A DNA stretch of 64,000 bases from Eledone cirrhosa (GCA_964016885.1 OZ024740.1:394878001-394942000); one strand, 5' to 3'. Shown: positions 26,200-46,007, counted from the stretch's first letter. Notes: generated by a model from the sequence alone, not told the origin. Made by a program: numbers and translations.

Positions 26200-28236
26200 A
26201 TTAGTCTAAACTAATATTCACAATAAATTTACGCTGCCGACGTTTTTGACTTCCTTTTTAAATTGTCTGCAGACTTGTTTGGCAAGTAGGAATGCTTAAA
26301 TATATATCAAATTTACACATGATTGTCACCCGATTTGATTTTAGAAGTTGTAGTGCTGACACTAAACTTTGTAAAAGAGTAATTTTAACCCATCAAAAAG
26401 AAAACAAAAGAAAACGGAAAATATGTGAAATTTTCTTTATATTTATTATTTATTTCCTGGTGCCAAAATATTCTTTGCACTGTCTGTGATCTGACACAAT
26501 TCCAATGCAACTGGAAGCTTAACAATTTTTGTACGGTTTTGTTTTCTCGATTGTATAAATTTATTCTTCCACAGTGTTAGATATATACTATATATATATA
26601 TGCTATATATAAAGTATTTTATATTAACAGTTTGACTTACCTCCACACTACCAGCAGTTTCAACAGGTTAATACATATAAATCATCATGTGCATTTGAGA
26701 AAGGTAGAACAAGATGGAGAATGGAGATTTGAACCATGCTGTTAAAGGCCTCCATTTGGTGATTTCAGTCACGAGGTAGTATTGATTAGTCAGTGTCAGC
26801 ACAAGGAAATTTGTGTCTCCGTTACATCATCAAATTCCGTAGAATTCAGTGACATCATGTATGTGATACCAATAATGTCCCGATGTCTACTGGCCCGGTA
26901 TCTACTGCTGTCGCAGGCAGGCTGAATGTTCAATTGCAGTTTGTGATGACATTTTGGTGGGCCTGGCGTTGGTATTTCTTGTTGTGTGTGCTAGTTCGAG
27001 CCTTTTGACCCACACATAAATGCGAACCAGGTGGGACTATGATAATCCTTTCGAGATTCCAGGGGCTAATGGTTTCAAGTTGGCTAATAGGGTGCTTATC
27101 CATTGGCGGCAAAACATCAGGTCAGTCTTCCTGTTGGTTTATATCACATTATCGCATGATACTTTATATGCAATCTATCGCGTAAGCAGATTTGACAGTC
27201 GTTGCCCTCGTGTGGTATAGAGGTACTCTATTTAATGCTGTAGATGTCGAACTCTTCATCACAGAACATCTATATGAAACGGGACAGTTCCTGCACCTCA
27301 GTGTGTACGTGCTGGGTAATTGAAGTCATTGGAGGTTAGGCCCGAATAATTTCTCTGGAAACCGCCTAATGCTTAGAGAGGCCGGATCCACCCAGAGAAC
27401 ATAAGGCAAGCTTTCAGAACTTGCAAGTATGTGTGTGTTTTAGAGCTTGTCTGGGTGTGTGTTTTGTTTTTCTGTTATAACGTGCGATGTTTGAAGCGAT
27501 GCTCTCTAAACAGAAGTGACTAACCGTAACAGTGTGTGAGTTTAAGAGCTTGCGGTACATATGGCTAAATGGAAGATGTTTCCTGATTAGGGACAAGGCG
27601 TATTTAGCTAAATCCGTCGATACCTATAAATCGAGTGAAGGATTGAACCATGTTATTTTCCTCTTTGGGGAGTAGTTGGGGTGTACATTTTTCTGCGAGG
27701 CCACGTCTCGTTAGTGTCATTGTGTATTGGGTAGCATCCCTATCGAATATCTGTTTGTCAGACGATAAACTAGAGATTTTTCTGCTAATTCCGATGTTCT
27801 TAACTATAGTTGCGGATCCTGGTTAGAATTCCTATGTTTTCATACTGTTTCCTCATTAAGCCTCTTACAGGACTAGTTTACAATTTTTGAGGTCCAGACT
27901 GATGACCAGAAAGTTATCCATGGTGTGGCCATTCATGTGGCTTGAGATTACAATGTCAACATCCCTGTAAATGGCTGAACTTCGGGAATGCATTCGTTTC
28001 TTGAGTCTCACACAGCTTGACAATACAAACATCAGACCCACCAAATGTTTATAATAACAGTTTACAACCCCGCTTGCAATACTAGATACACAGAACAGAG
28101 GACCAAACAGACATAGTGACACAACCAGGTGACAAATGAGATCACATACCCGATGTCATGGGCCCGCTAGTTGTGCTTTCGATATAAATATCTTCCACAT
28201 TATTTGTTGATTGCACTTTACGGTTGTACTACCCAC

Positions 28237-28240
<4 letters not shown>
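26200..28240 (-). mobile_element. Heavily decayed Penelope-like element
   Basis: Minus-strand remnants resembling PLE thumb/linker/GIY-YIG (QNVI..CIEC-like, PNGL-like end) followed by a decayed HHR (CTGCAGA...AAAACGTCGGC, 26233-26275); ends at (TA)n. Confidence 0.45.
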
Positions 28241-28297
<57 letters not shown>

Positions 28298-28305
<8 letters not shown>

Positions 28306-28593
28306 TAAGAGGAATTCCAACTTTGTCTGATTTACTCGTTTTATTTACAATCCTTTAAAATTTATATGCAAATTTGACTGTCACCACATATTATGAACCT
28401 GAAGATTGCGAAAGCATGAAAGTACTTGTTCAATTAAGACTTAGAATTTAATATTCTATCATACTATTTCATCATTATAATACCATTATAAATTTTAAAG
28501 GATTGTAAATAAAACGAGTAAATCAGACAAAGTTGGAATTCCTCTTATTAATATAATCTTCTATACACAATCATACACACCCGTGTATATTTA

Positions 28594-28596
<3 letters not shown>
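28298..28596 (+). mobile_element. Fold-back mini-element (69-bp arms, 120-bp spacer, ~40-bp tail) in (TA)n
   Basis: 28298-28366 is the reverse complement of 28487-28555. Confidence 0.85.
28394..28432 (+). ncRNA. Minimal type I hammerhead ribozyme (39 nt)
   Basis: TGAAC-CTGAAGA-T-TGC-GAAA-GCA-T-GAA-A-GTAC-T-T-GTTCA: perfect 5-bp helix I, GNRA-capped helix II, palindromic GTAC helix III loop. Confidence 0.85.
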
Positions 28597-28685
<89 letters not shown>

Positions 28686-28699
28686 AATATATATATATT

Positions 28700-28886
28700 T
28701 AGAAATGGCTTCTACAGGACTAGAACTGTTTCATTCGGGAGAAATCATCAGGAAACCCTGATGATTTCTCCCGAATGAAAGAGTTCTAGTCCTGTAGAAA
28801 CCATTTCTATATTAAATATTTATATTCAGCTATGAATTGAGTACCTTACTTACTGTGGTTACCCCCGATTGAACCCGGGATAAACA
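28700..28886. mobile_element. Fold-back HHR mini-element family B (53-bp arms, 4-nt loop); second copy at 58781-58969
   Basis: 28700-28752 matches the reverse complement of 28757-28809. HHR GGYTTC-CTGATGA-T-TTC-TCCC-GAA-T-GAA-ACAG-TTCTAGTC-CTGT-A-GAARCC. Confidence 0.85.
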
Positions 28887-30501
28887 TATATATATATATA
28901 TTATATTACGGAGTGGTGGATAGTTAATTTGATGAGGAAAAGAGCGATAGTCCAATAGATCAGTAGGTATCTTTGTCTTTCACCCCTTTTATGCTGATGT
29001 AAACCAAATTCCGTACAGTGCTCAGTCAATCTTGTTTTAAACAGGAACTACCACCATAATATAAATGACTGCTGTAAACAGCTGAAATACTACGGAATGA
29101 ATAAATGTTGGGTAACACACTCATTGATTACAATGAAGTACACCGCGCTGCTCAGTTTATTTCATATGACAAGCAAATCTAACTTCAATAGTTTATCATA
29201 TTTACCTCTAGAAAAGATGCGTTTCTCATCCGGTTAACAATATGAGGGAGATTTGGTTATTGTATCTACCAGAATAAATAACCTCGTAGATGCTCCCTTG
29301 TTGACACATGGCCAGTATAGTGTAAAGGGTGTGAGTTGACGAAGTAGTTAGAGCGTTGGAGAGAAGACCGTGTGATATTTCATCCGGCTCTCCGCACTAT
29401 GAATTCAAATTTTGCCGTGGTCAACTTTCCATTTTTATTCTTCCGCGGTAGCAAGATACCAGTCAAAACCTGGAATAGATAAATCAGTGGATTCTAAATT
29501 ATTAGATTCAAAACGAAAAAAAAAAAAAGATCATGAAAGTAGCAAAGATTTTAGGCCAAGTCTATCACTTAAATGCAATACAACACTAAGTGTGAACGTG
29601 AGTTAAGTTCAGAGTTCTACTGCTTAGAGTAGCTCTACCACCCTACCATCATAACAATACACGTATTAATTTACAATTTACCCATGTTTTACATTGTAAC
29701 TATGACGGGAGATGCAATTTACTTTCCTGTTGTAAAACAATATGTATGTTATAGTTTACAAGTATGTTTGTATGTATGCATATATGTGAAAGAATTATGG
29801 GCGTGCACGTACATTGATGTACGTGTATATACATACGTAGATGTGTAGAGGAAATATGAGAGTGGTTGGTGCCTGTTAGTCTCAGTTTTAGTTGAGATCC
29901 AGCAGAGGTCACATTTCAAACAGGCCCTCTTCTTTAACCAAGAAGACTCCAAACAAACAAACAAACAGCAGCAACGATAGTGATGATGATGAATATAATA
30001 ATAATGGTTTCTGATATAGGGATAAGGCCAACAATTTGGGGGAAGAGAAAAGTCGATTAAATCGACCCCAGTGCGTTACTGGTACTTTATTTAATCGACT
30101 CTATGCCACAAAGCAAATTTTCCGGCGCTCTAACGACTCCACCAACCCATCGCCCTAATAATAGTAATAATTGAGGGATAACCTTTAAGTTCAATATCTA
30201 TTATTTCCTCTAATTGTTACTTCTATGTTGGTGACAATGATGATGATGATGATAATGGTGATGATGATGATGGTGAAGAAGAGGAGGGGGAGGAGGAGAA
30301 GAAGGAAAAGGAGGAGGAGACAACGAAGTGGCGGTGGATATTAGTGGTGGTGAGGTGTGGTAGAAGACGTTGACAACATGCCAACTGAACTGGTAGTAAT
30401 GATGAGAATTACACGAAATACGAGTGCTTATAATTACTAAGTTGACAGTTTAGGTTTCAAGAGACAATCGACTTTTAAATCCCATTTCGTACGTATTTGT
30501 G

Positions 30502-30541
<40 letters not shown>

Positions 30542-30542
30542 C

Positions 30543-30602
<60 letters not shown>

Positions 30603-30646
30603 ATATATCTATATATATCTATATATCTATATATATATATATCTAT

Positions 30647-30703
<57 letters not shown>

Positions 30704-30798
30704 CAAAGAACAAAACAAAACAAGGAGTGCAGTTACGGACAGGGTTGGTATTAGGTTCACGCCTGAGAGTGGGGGGGTGGGGTGCGGGACGACGTTTC

Positions 30799-30873
<75 letters not shown>

Positions 30874-31438
30874 CGTGTGTGTATATGCATATAGTCCACG
30901 AAAGTCATGTTTAAAACTCAAAAACTACGGATGTTTTCAAACATCATGTGAATTTGTTGGTGTGTTTGTGTGTGTGTGCGTGTGTGTCTGTCTGTGTGTG
31001 TGTGCGTGTGTCTGTCTGTGTGTGTGTGAGTATGTGTGTGAGTGCATGTGTGAGTGTGTGTGTGTCTGTGTCTGTGTGTATGTGTGTGTTGTGTATACAT
31101 TCGATTAATTCATGATTTACTGCTTGTAACCGGATAATCAGATTACTTTACAGTTAATATAATACAGATGACACTATAACGCTTCGCCGTCCCAGTTTAA
31201 CCTAATATCTTTTTGAAAATGTTTAGCCCTAGGCCAGCCTTGATGCCGCCGACCTATGAACAAAGTTTTGACTACCCCGTTATTTAATTATTCCTGCATC
31301 ATGTATCTATGAATAAATTATTATCCAGTGTATCCTCCCGTTTTCTTTTTGACAATGTGCTGTGTGTGATTTGGTTGCTGTGGTTATCAGAATAAATAAC
31401 CACGTAGATGCTCCTTTGTTGACACATTGGCACTATAT

Positions 31439-31583
31439 CAGTCATGGATAAACTGCGGCCCACGAACAGCATGCGGCCCGTTTGGCTTTCTGAATGGCAC
31501 GCCTAATTTCAAAATTGCCTTGAATGTTTAGTAGTGCGGCTCGGACATGCGGCCTACTGCTCGAAAAGGGTTGCCCATCCCTG
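31439..31583. mobile_element. hAT-type MITE with 8-bp TSD
   Basis: Right TIR GTTGCCCATCCCTG, left CAGTCATGGATAAAC, internal GCGGCCC motifs; TSD CACTATAT / CACTTTAT (31431-31438, 31584-31591). Confidence 0.75.
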
Positions 31584-32089
31584 CACTTTATTGTAAAGGG
31601 GGTGAGCTGGCAAAGTTGTAAGACCATCGGATAAAAGGCCATGCGATATTTATTGCGTCAACCTGCACTCTGAATTAAAATGCTGCTGTGATCAATTTTC
31701 TTTTTTCTTCCTTCATAATCGATAAATAAGATGCCAGTCAATTTCAACATCAGCACGTCTCTCTACTACTCCCTCATTTTCTACGTTGAAAGGGCCAAGT
31801 ACCTAACGTTCACAATGAGGCCCCACTAATCCTTTGACCATCTCTCTGCAGACCCAATAAGAGAGAAAGAACTATATTGCCTACACGTTGTATGTGGTAA
31901 GTTCAGCTCAATTCTGTAAGCATTTGGAGTATTGTGTAATCAACAGGTTTATTTTGTGTGTTTGCAATGTTAGATCAAGGATACTCGATTTTATCCGGAA
32001 TACCAGGGTCAAATTCAGGTGTTTCATCATTAGCGAGCTACCCAGCAGTTGTGTACTACTATCCTATACCCATTCACAATTATAATGTT

Positions 32090-32470
32090 GTTGTTTTTGT
32101 TGTTTAACTCCAGGTCATCGCATTTCCTCTGTGACCATTACGGCCTTTTCAATGTCAGGATCTACATTTATTAAATGTGTTCTATATTTAAACTGGTGTG
32201 GTGCTATTTAAGGAGAGATTTTTGCCGTTATGTCTAGCTGGTCAATAGCCTACGTAGAGGCTCCCTCATTGACATTGTTGTTGGTGGTGGTGTTATCTTT
32301 CTTTTGAAACTGCTTCTGCTCTACTAAAAATAGCAATCAAATTTTCTCACAAATTCCACAAACATTTTTGAAAAGGAAACATCATATCGGATAATGTAGT
32401 CTGAAATGAATTATGTCTGAAAACATGGGTTGGTCACGGCTGGCATGTTTTTGATCATACATTTATTTGA
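32090..32470. mobile_element. Ancient ~200-250-bp interspersed repeat (two opposed copies); diverged copies also at ~7530, 18620, 19020, 22490, 24530, 29240, 31220, 35400, 61420-61900, 62310, 62560
   Basis: Recurrent motifs TTGTTGTTTAG..CAGGTCAG, ACTACATTATCC, GGGAGATTTGGCTGCTATTTCTAGC, CGTAGAGGCTCCC. Confidence 0.6.
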
Positions 32471-35400
32471 ACAGGACTAGATTAATGCAAATCAACAATA
32501 CAATTCATAAAAAAGTTAACTCGCGCACCGTTAATTGCACTGCTGAGTTTAACTCCTATTGTGGATATATCTTGGAACGAAATAGTCTCGAACAAACTGA
32601 TTTTCCCTACATCGTTGACACATTTAAAAATATAATGTTTCGTGACACAATAAATTTTGTTAGAGAAACCAAATATATAACGCAAAATGTTTATAAAAAG
32701 AAATAATTGAAAGTGATACTTGTCTAATTGTATACAGAATTGTTAGATCTCAAATATACTTTACAGCTAAATATTTGTAAAAATTGATCAGACGTCTTAA
32801 TCTCGCGACGCATATTAAAATGTGGCAACACACAGTTTTGAAATCTCTGCTCTAGATCAATATATTCTCCGGGATAGGGAGGATCTAAATGCCACACCTC
32901 ACATTTCTCTACCAGCTTCATGTTTGATATATAAGTATAAAAATAGAATATTAATGTCCTTAGGAAATTTTCCATTTCCTTTCTCCAATAAATGTCAGTC
33001 TGTGGTTTCTTTTTATTTAGAATTTATTCATAGAAGCTAGAGGCAATGCGCATGACCTTTAGATACCCTCACACTCGACCAGACTGGTTAGATTGATGTG
33101 GTTGATGCATAGCTTGAATATTTACAGGAAATGTCTGCAGGAAAAATGTGGGTTGGTAGGTAACAAAGAGTATGGTCCGAATACTTATAACATAGTACAC
33201 TGAAATTTATGTGCTATTTAAGAAGTCCCCCAAACTTAGTTAGCCGTGCTTTCAAATTTGAACCAATATATATCTCATTCCAGATTTTGTCAGCGTTTAC
33301 TTTCATATATGTGCGAATGTGTATATCCATGTGATGAAAACAACGCTGGCATTCTCACCTCTGCCCTTACTTCGTGCACATTTTAACTTTGGGGATGTCT
33401 TTAGGCAGTGAGAGTGAACATTGTTAGCCCGGTGTGTTAACATTTTAACTCCTTTAAAAATTCTGTTATCAGAAAGTCACATTTTAGTTCTAATAGATAA
33501 CATATTTGTAATTCAAAGGTACTAGCCTCAAATAAGTACGTACCTATAAATGCAAATAATAACCGCGAGATAAAAATAATTCACTTCTGCTAGTAGTTGC
33601 ATTGTAGAACAGATATGTAATAAGTATATTCATTGTGTTAAATTCAATTGTTTTATCCTCGGGAGAAATGGGTTATGAAGTGTTAATTTACTCCAGATAA
33701 AGTGCATGGTTACATGGGACTAAAATCTTCAGGGTTTTGAAACGACACAATTTTATTTGGGGACTGACACATGTAAATAAAGTGTTTCAAGAGAAACTTA
33801 TATATCTTGAGTTTCCTCAAAATTCACTCTATCTCTGCTTTGAAATGAGATCTGAAATATCTCTCGACTTCAGAGTTTGTTAAACCTTTACCGATTATAT
33901 ATCATATGAATGATTGCGTGACTTTATATATGTGTACGTGTGTTCATGTGTGTGTGGAAAGGCTCGAGTGTAAAGTAAGGCGATGTGCCCAAGGGATTCG
34001 CAAGCCCTTCTAAACAAATGAATTTGGTGTGGCTAACGCTTTTCGAATAGTTGACAAATTATCAGCTGCAGGGGAAAAACATAGACAAGAAGGGAATTAA
34101 AAAGGACCAATGTTCTAGTAAGGAAGGGTTGAACATATTGATTAGGATATGAAAAATTATGAACAAGTGTAAGTGAAACTTGAGTGAAAAATGCATGAGC
34201 TAAGCAATCTCTGGAGAGTAGATGCCACTGTAGTAGTTGTAGTTTAAATGACACGAAACAATGCGTTCGTGACAGAGTGGTTCCAGTGTGCTGATGCTGA
34301 GGATTGTAAAAATCCCTTGGTTGAAAGAAAGTCAACCTTACTAAAATTTGATCTCAGAAATAAGAGGAACAGTAATATAATCCGATGATCTATCGAGTAT
34401 TTTGTCTGGCTCTGGAAAAGGCACAATAACTGTCATACAATATTTTTCTATGGCAAATATTAGAGGAACAAAAATTAATTGAAAGACGGAATCAAATACG
34501 CTAAAGACAGACTTTTGATTGAGAGATAAATACACTTCAGCATTGAGGGTGCCATAAAGTTCCTGAAGAGAATTTACTACATGAAAATAACTAATTATTC
34601 CGACTATTTGTTATGTCTATATCTATATACTGTATATATAACTAAAGTTTGTTTAATGTAAACACATTTTCTCGTCTGTCATTTCGTAATGTATGCATGC
34701 ACACGCACACGTATACATATTTTTGCTTTGTAACCATAAGCTTTATATTCTGTTTTATGTTACTTATTTCGAAACTTTTTTACTTGTAAATTCGTGTACT
34801 GTCAATGGGGTCAGCTACTCTGTCGATGTGAACATTTCTTCCAAAATCAGTGAGAAAGAGAATAACTACGAACAATTGTTTCGAGACCTTTGAGTTCTCT
34901 TCCTAAATTATAAATTCTCCTTTATATCGATAATTATTAATGACCTTGGCTATGTTCGTAAATACTTACTTAACAATCTGAAATGTCTAGGGTTCTCAGA
35001 CAAAGAATTTTACAAATACAATCTGTAAAGGAAAGAGCAAAAATAGACGAAACTTTTTTAATGTTCGACATATAGTACTCACCAATGTTATTATCCAAAT
35101 TTCAAAGACGAAGCTTTGTTTCTTTGTCAGAAACCAACTCTTTCCTTACCAAAAGAAACCAAATAAATAGAAACAGTAAACATTTCCATACATACATACA
35201 ACACATTCAAACATACATACATACATACATACATACATACATACTTTCATACATAATTACATACATACATAATTACATAAATGCTGATCTATCTTAATAT
35301 ATACAAATATATATATATATTCAGACATAATAATATATGCTATCGCACGACTTACAAGTAATAAACAAATCTCAGCATAATCCTATACACAAAGAGAACA

Positions 35401-36392
35401 GCACAGTAGAAAATATAGTCCTGGATATGCTTAAAAGGTTGGGCTGGTCAGTACTGGAATACTGTTGATCATAATTCTGGTCTATGAAGCGTAACCTAGG
35501 ACTAAACAACTGCAGTAGCAAACATATTCACATACAGTACAGAGTTTAACCGATATATAAATATATGCATTGAATATTTACCACCACCACGTTCCTTTAC
35601 GGCTATTGTTAAGCAGGGGAACAATACATCACTTAGTATGATCATTCTGATTCTATAGTTGGTGATGTAGGGACATCAAAATATGAATGCACACATGGAT
35701 TTAGGAACAATATTTAATCAAACCGAACTCCTCCGCAAGATCGGAACGTCGGTGGCCCATCCGAGGAAGGAGCCCCGCGAGGTGAGGTGGCTGTTGCAGT
35801 GGGTATCGCTGGCCATAGTCCACGGAAATACATTTGTGGTCTTGTCCACGGGGTGCAGCCCCAATACGGCCGCGCCCTAGGCCCAGAGCTCAATCACCCC
35901 ATTCCCCTTTACCCTCCCATTCTTCTGTGACACTAGAGCCCTTGCCTTTGCCTCCCTTTTCCGTTTTTTTTTATATTTTCTTATTTTACATTCCATTCTT
36001 TCTTCTCAATCTATTTTTGTTCTTTTTCTATTAAATTGTATTTACACAAAAACCAATATAGAAATAGGAATTAAAATGTTCAACGGCTGAAGCATTGGCA
36101 GATTCGGTAGAGGTTGAGATGCCATGCTTTGAAGCAAAGAGTTACGGCCCTTTATGGTCTGAGTTCAAATCCCGCCGAGGTTAACTTTACCTTTCATCCT
36201 TACGGGGTCGATAAAATAAAGCACCAGTAATACACTGGGATAATTGCTGGCCTTGTGCCAAAAGTAGAAACAGTTATTATAATTGGGTTCACTATGCTGT
36301 GCCTGAGTGTTAATTGTTAGTTTATATGTTGATATTACTTAAGACTCCATATTTAATCGTCTTGTTTTGTTTGGAATTTTATACATGTAGAA

Positions 36393-36700
36393 TTATATAG
36401 TGTTATCAACTAATGTAGTAGAATGTACTGTATGAAAATGTGTTGCGAAGGCTCCTTGTTTCAACTGTATATTTAACCGCCCAGTACAGGTTTTAGTTAC
36501 ACAGTGGTCTTTTGTAATTCTCTTAAATTTACTGTTATCCTGTAGTATATTGTATATATTTGGGATGTATTCCTCTGTATTCAATAATAACGAACTTATT
36601 GCTCTTGTTACGTTTACGAATTACAATCAATTCATTGTTTTTGAGTCCTTATAAGACTAGTCCACGTTTCTTGTTAAGTTTGGTGTTGTTTCTGTTGCTG
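36393..36700 (-). mobile_element. Decayed PLE RT N-terminal fragment
   Basis: LKNNELIVIRKRNKSNKFVI / NTEEYIPNIYNILQDNSKFKRITKD, cf. the PLE IRKADK...V.M...Y motif. Confidence 0.55.
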
Positions 36701-37649
36701 CATTAGTGAATATAATTACGTTGTTTCAACCCTACCCCATTCTGTACTGACTAAACAATGCCAGAGGTGACCATTATCATCTGGATGATAAACAACTCAC
36801 GCAAGACTCAATTTCTTTTTTCTCCATTCTCTAAAACATCCTTTCTGCTAAACCTAAAACCAATCTGCATATTGAACGGAGTACCACGCCTGCAGGCTTT
36901 CACACATGCATGTCTATCGTACCAACATTTGATATGGACACTTACGTATTTATGTAGTTATGTAATTATGCATTTGAAAAAATAGTTGCTCCGTGTATTT
37001 AAGTACATATGTAAATATGAGTTGTTGTCGAGATATGTACCGAATTTTTCAGACATTTAAGCAATTGTATATGTTTGTAATTATGTATTTTGTCTAAATA
37101 TGCGCCGACATAAACATACGTCAACACCCCCGCTCATTGGCTTGAAGGGCAATGTGCAATTAGCCACCATCTGATGTTCTCTTGTAGGTATGCATTAGCA
37201 TATAAGTATATAGTTATGTGAGAGAATATGCTTGCGTTGTCAGCATCCAGTTTACAAATCTTATATTTACTTATAATCCTAAACACTGGGATTCCCTCAT
37301 CCCCATCACTCCTCCACTACATATTAATTCCCTAACGACCCTCAATCACCACCACCACCGCCACCATCACTACAATCACAACTCTAAACGCTGTTCTTTC
37401 AGGCAACTGTCTTATCGTTTCTCTAAATGCTAACCTATACATCCAGCATCACCATCAACACCAAGACTACCAACAAACCTCAGTGAAAGCAAAGGACAGC
37501 ACCAGATATTTTTTTAGATTAACCTTCTACATGGGAGCTTATGAATCCCGCCTGTTTAATTAAGAACCCTTAAATATGAAATTCCTCACCCTCCTGTCAC
37601 TAGTTTAGTTTCAGTTATACATATGGACGCTCATACAATATATAAACAT

Positions 37650-37680
<31 letters not shown>

Positions 37681-37814
37681 ATAATAATAAATGTGAGACT
37701 AAAATCCAAAGAGGGCTTCAGAAGATCCCGTTAAGGGTGAAAGAAACGATTCTTTGCTTAAACTTTAATCTGTTATTTTAATATATATATATCTAAAGTC
37801 TAAAGTCTGTCTTA

Positions 37815-38082
37815 AGCCAGAAGGCTCATTTAGCCGGTGCTTATCCCGGTTTCATGGCGTGAAGCGACTGAGAGTACAAGATCCCCCCCCCCCTCTGGAC
37901 AGGACGCCAGTCCATCGCAGGGTTAAACCTCCAGCTATTGCTGGTACTCATTTCTAGGTGAGTATACTGGAGCAACGTGAAATGAAGTGTTTTGCTCAAA
38001 AACACAACACGCAACCCAGGAATCGAGCCCATGACATTATGATCGTAAGTCCAACATTCTTACCACTAGGCCACGTGCCTCC
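37815..38082 (-). mobile_element. tRNA-derived CORE-like SINE
   Basis: GGAGGCACGTGGCCTAGTGG (A box), GGGCTCGATTCC (B box), TTGAGCAAAACACTT CORE-like segment, then CCTGCGATGGACTGGCGTCCTGTCCAG body. Confidence 0.8.
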
Positions 38083-38089
38083 ATATATA

Positions 38090-38158
<69 letters not shown>

Positions 38159-38337
38159 ATTGTTATACTTGGGGAGGGTCATATTTGCGTAATACTGCCA
38201 GAATTAATAACAGAACACACTCACTGTTTGGTTGGTTTTCGCTTCTTGCTGTCTTTTATATCTGCGATCTAACTTACTCGGTCCTCAATGTTGCCATTGG
38301 CTGACCGACGGTCAAAAATAATACAGATACAATATAG

Positions 38338-38540
<203 letters not shown>

Positions 38541-38591
38541 CATATTCATATATATATATATATATAAGTATATATATATATATATATACAT

Positions 38592-38763
<172 letters not shown>

Positions 38764-38986
38764 GAATAATCGAGAATCGGAATATCAGCCCACGAAATCA
38801 CGATAAACAATATCCGATATATGTGGCAGAGGGCTCAATAATTTGGATAAATCAGAGATATAACCATCGTTAAATTACCAACACATAGAGAGATTATGCC
38901 TAAAATCACCCGTGCAGCCGAAAAAGAACGACCAGGAAGATTCGGGTCACTCAAATAAAATATCAATAAATTAATAAATTAAATGA

Positions 38987-39023
<37 letters not shown>

Positions 39024-39038
39024 TATATAACTATTTGT

Positions 39039-39116
<78 letters not shown>

Positions 39117-39329
39117 CGTTGCTATCCTTCTATGTTTGTTGACTTGTCTCGCTAGCTTTACGCGATTTACTTGTCCTAATAGCTTTATTTAGCTATTGCT
39201 CGCACCAACTGGAGGTATATGATTTTTAAAGCGATGAAATACCAATGAAGGTTGGAAAATCACTGATGAAGGACTATTTTTATCATATGCAACCCTTGTG
39301 CAACCACACAGTATTCTTTCTTCTCATGT

Positions 39330-39365
<36 letters not shown>

Positions 39366-39712
39366 ACAAATAGTTTATCGCTCTACATGGTTGGAAACAA
39401 TAAATGTAATCTGAGTTTTTCGAATATTAATAATAATATTCGATTCGTTTGAAATGATGCAAACAGCTTCTTTAAAGCCATGTCAATAGGATTGGCATGT
39501 AAACAGAACTGCAGACACTAATGTTTCTGGGTGATTACCTTTCATCAGTACAGTTTACCGTTTACCTGCCAACTGTCAGAGCTTGTGTAAATATATAATA
39601 TTTTCTAAAATATATAGTGACTGATCGGCCGATCCCAGCCAACCCACCTGTTTGTTTTTATTCTAAACACTAACCTTTTGTGTGCGTATATATATATATA
39701 TATATTGTGTGC

Positions 39713-39839
<127 letters not shown>

Positions 39840-40454
39840 TATATCATATTCCAGGAAAGAAAGAGGAACAATTTCGTAAAAATCAGTTATCCTTCTACTT
39901 TTCCATTCTCCTTATACAGCTTAATTCTAACATGAAACTCTGATGCGTAGCTGCAAACTGTTGCTATATATATATATAATACAGATTTTATCTGAAAATT
40001 GCTGTTGTGATAAGCAGAAATGGAATACTTGTGCTACACATTGATGAAAGATGAACAAATCTTGAAACAACACTGTCTGACATTCTCAGAACATACTCAC
40101 AACTCGAGGAAAATTAGGAAAAATAATTTATTTTCGTTTCATTTCGTTTTGTTTCGTTAGGAAAACAATATTTTTCTTCGGCAGCCTGGATGTTTATTGT
40201 ATACAGACGTTTTATATATGTCTAATAAACACATATACACTTCTATTATGTTTCAACGCTGTCTTAGTGCTATCGCCAGCTATATATATATATATATATA
40301 TAATTGGAAATCAATAAAATCGAATCTCTGGCCTACTTATATGAAATAATGAGTTAGCAAAGCAGTCGATAAGATAGGACCTCAGAGTAATAACATACGT
40401 TTAAATAGCTTGACAAATCTATCTATATATATATACTGTATATATATATATATA

Positions 40455-40652
40455 TAACGAAGGAAATGTGGTAAGGAACCAGGCGGACCATAACGCACCA
40501 AAGTACTCAATACTTAGGGTAGTAGAGTAGATAATAGGAACGAGTAGGACCCTGACGGCTGAGCTCAAGCCGTTTCGACGGCTAATTCTGGACTCCAGAA
40601 TTAGCCATCGAAACGGCTTGAGCTCAGCCGTCGGGGTCCTACTCGTTCCTAT
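40455..40652. mobile_element. Fold-back mini-element family C (59-bp arms, 1-nt loop); related copies at 12303-12365, 46748-46880, 58611-58765, 58976-59160
   Basis: 40534-40592 matches the reverse complement of 40594-40652; arms carry an HHR 3' half GAA-ACGG-CTTGAGCTCAG-CCGT-C-GGGGTC. Confidence 0.85.
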
Positions 40653-40659
40653 ATATATA

Positions 40660-46007
<5,348 letters not shown>

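Noticed and set aside
39255-39300. CTGATGAAGG as a hammerhead core in the 14823/39114 family
   Set aside because: No downstream GAAA with helix II/III pairing could be built in either copy.
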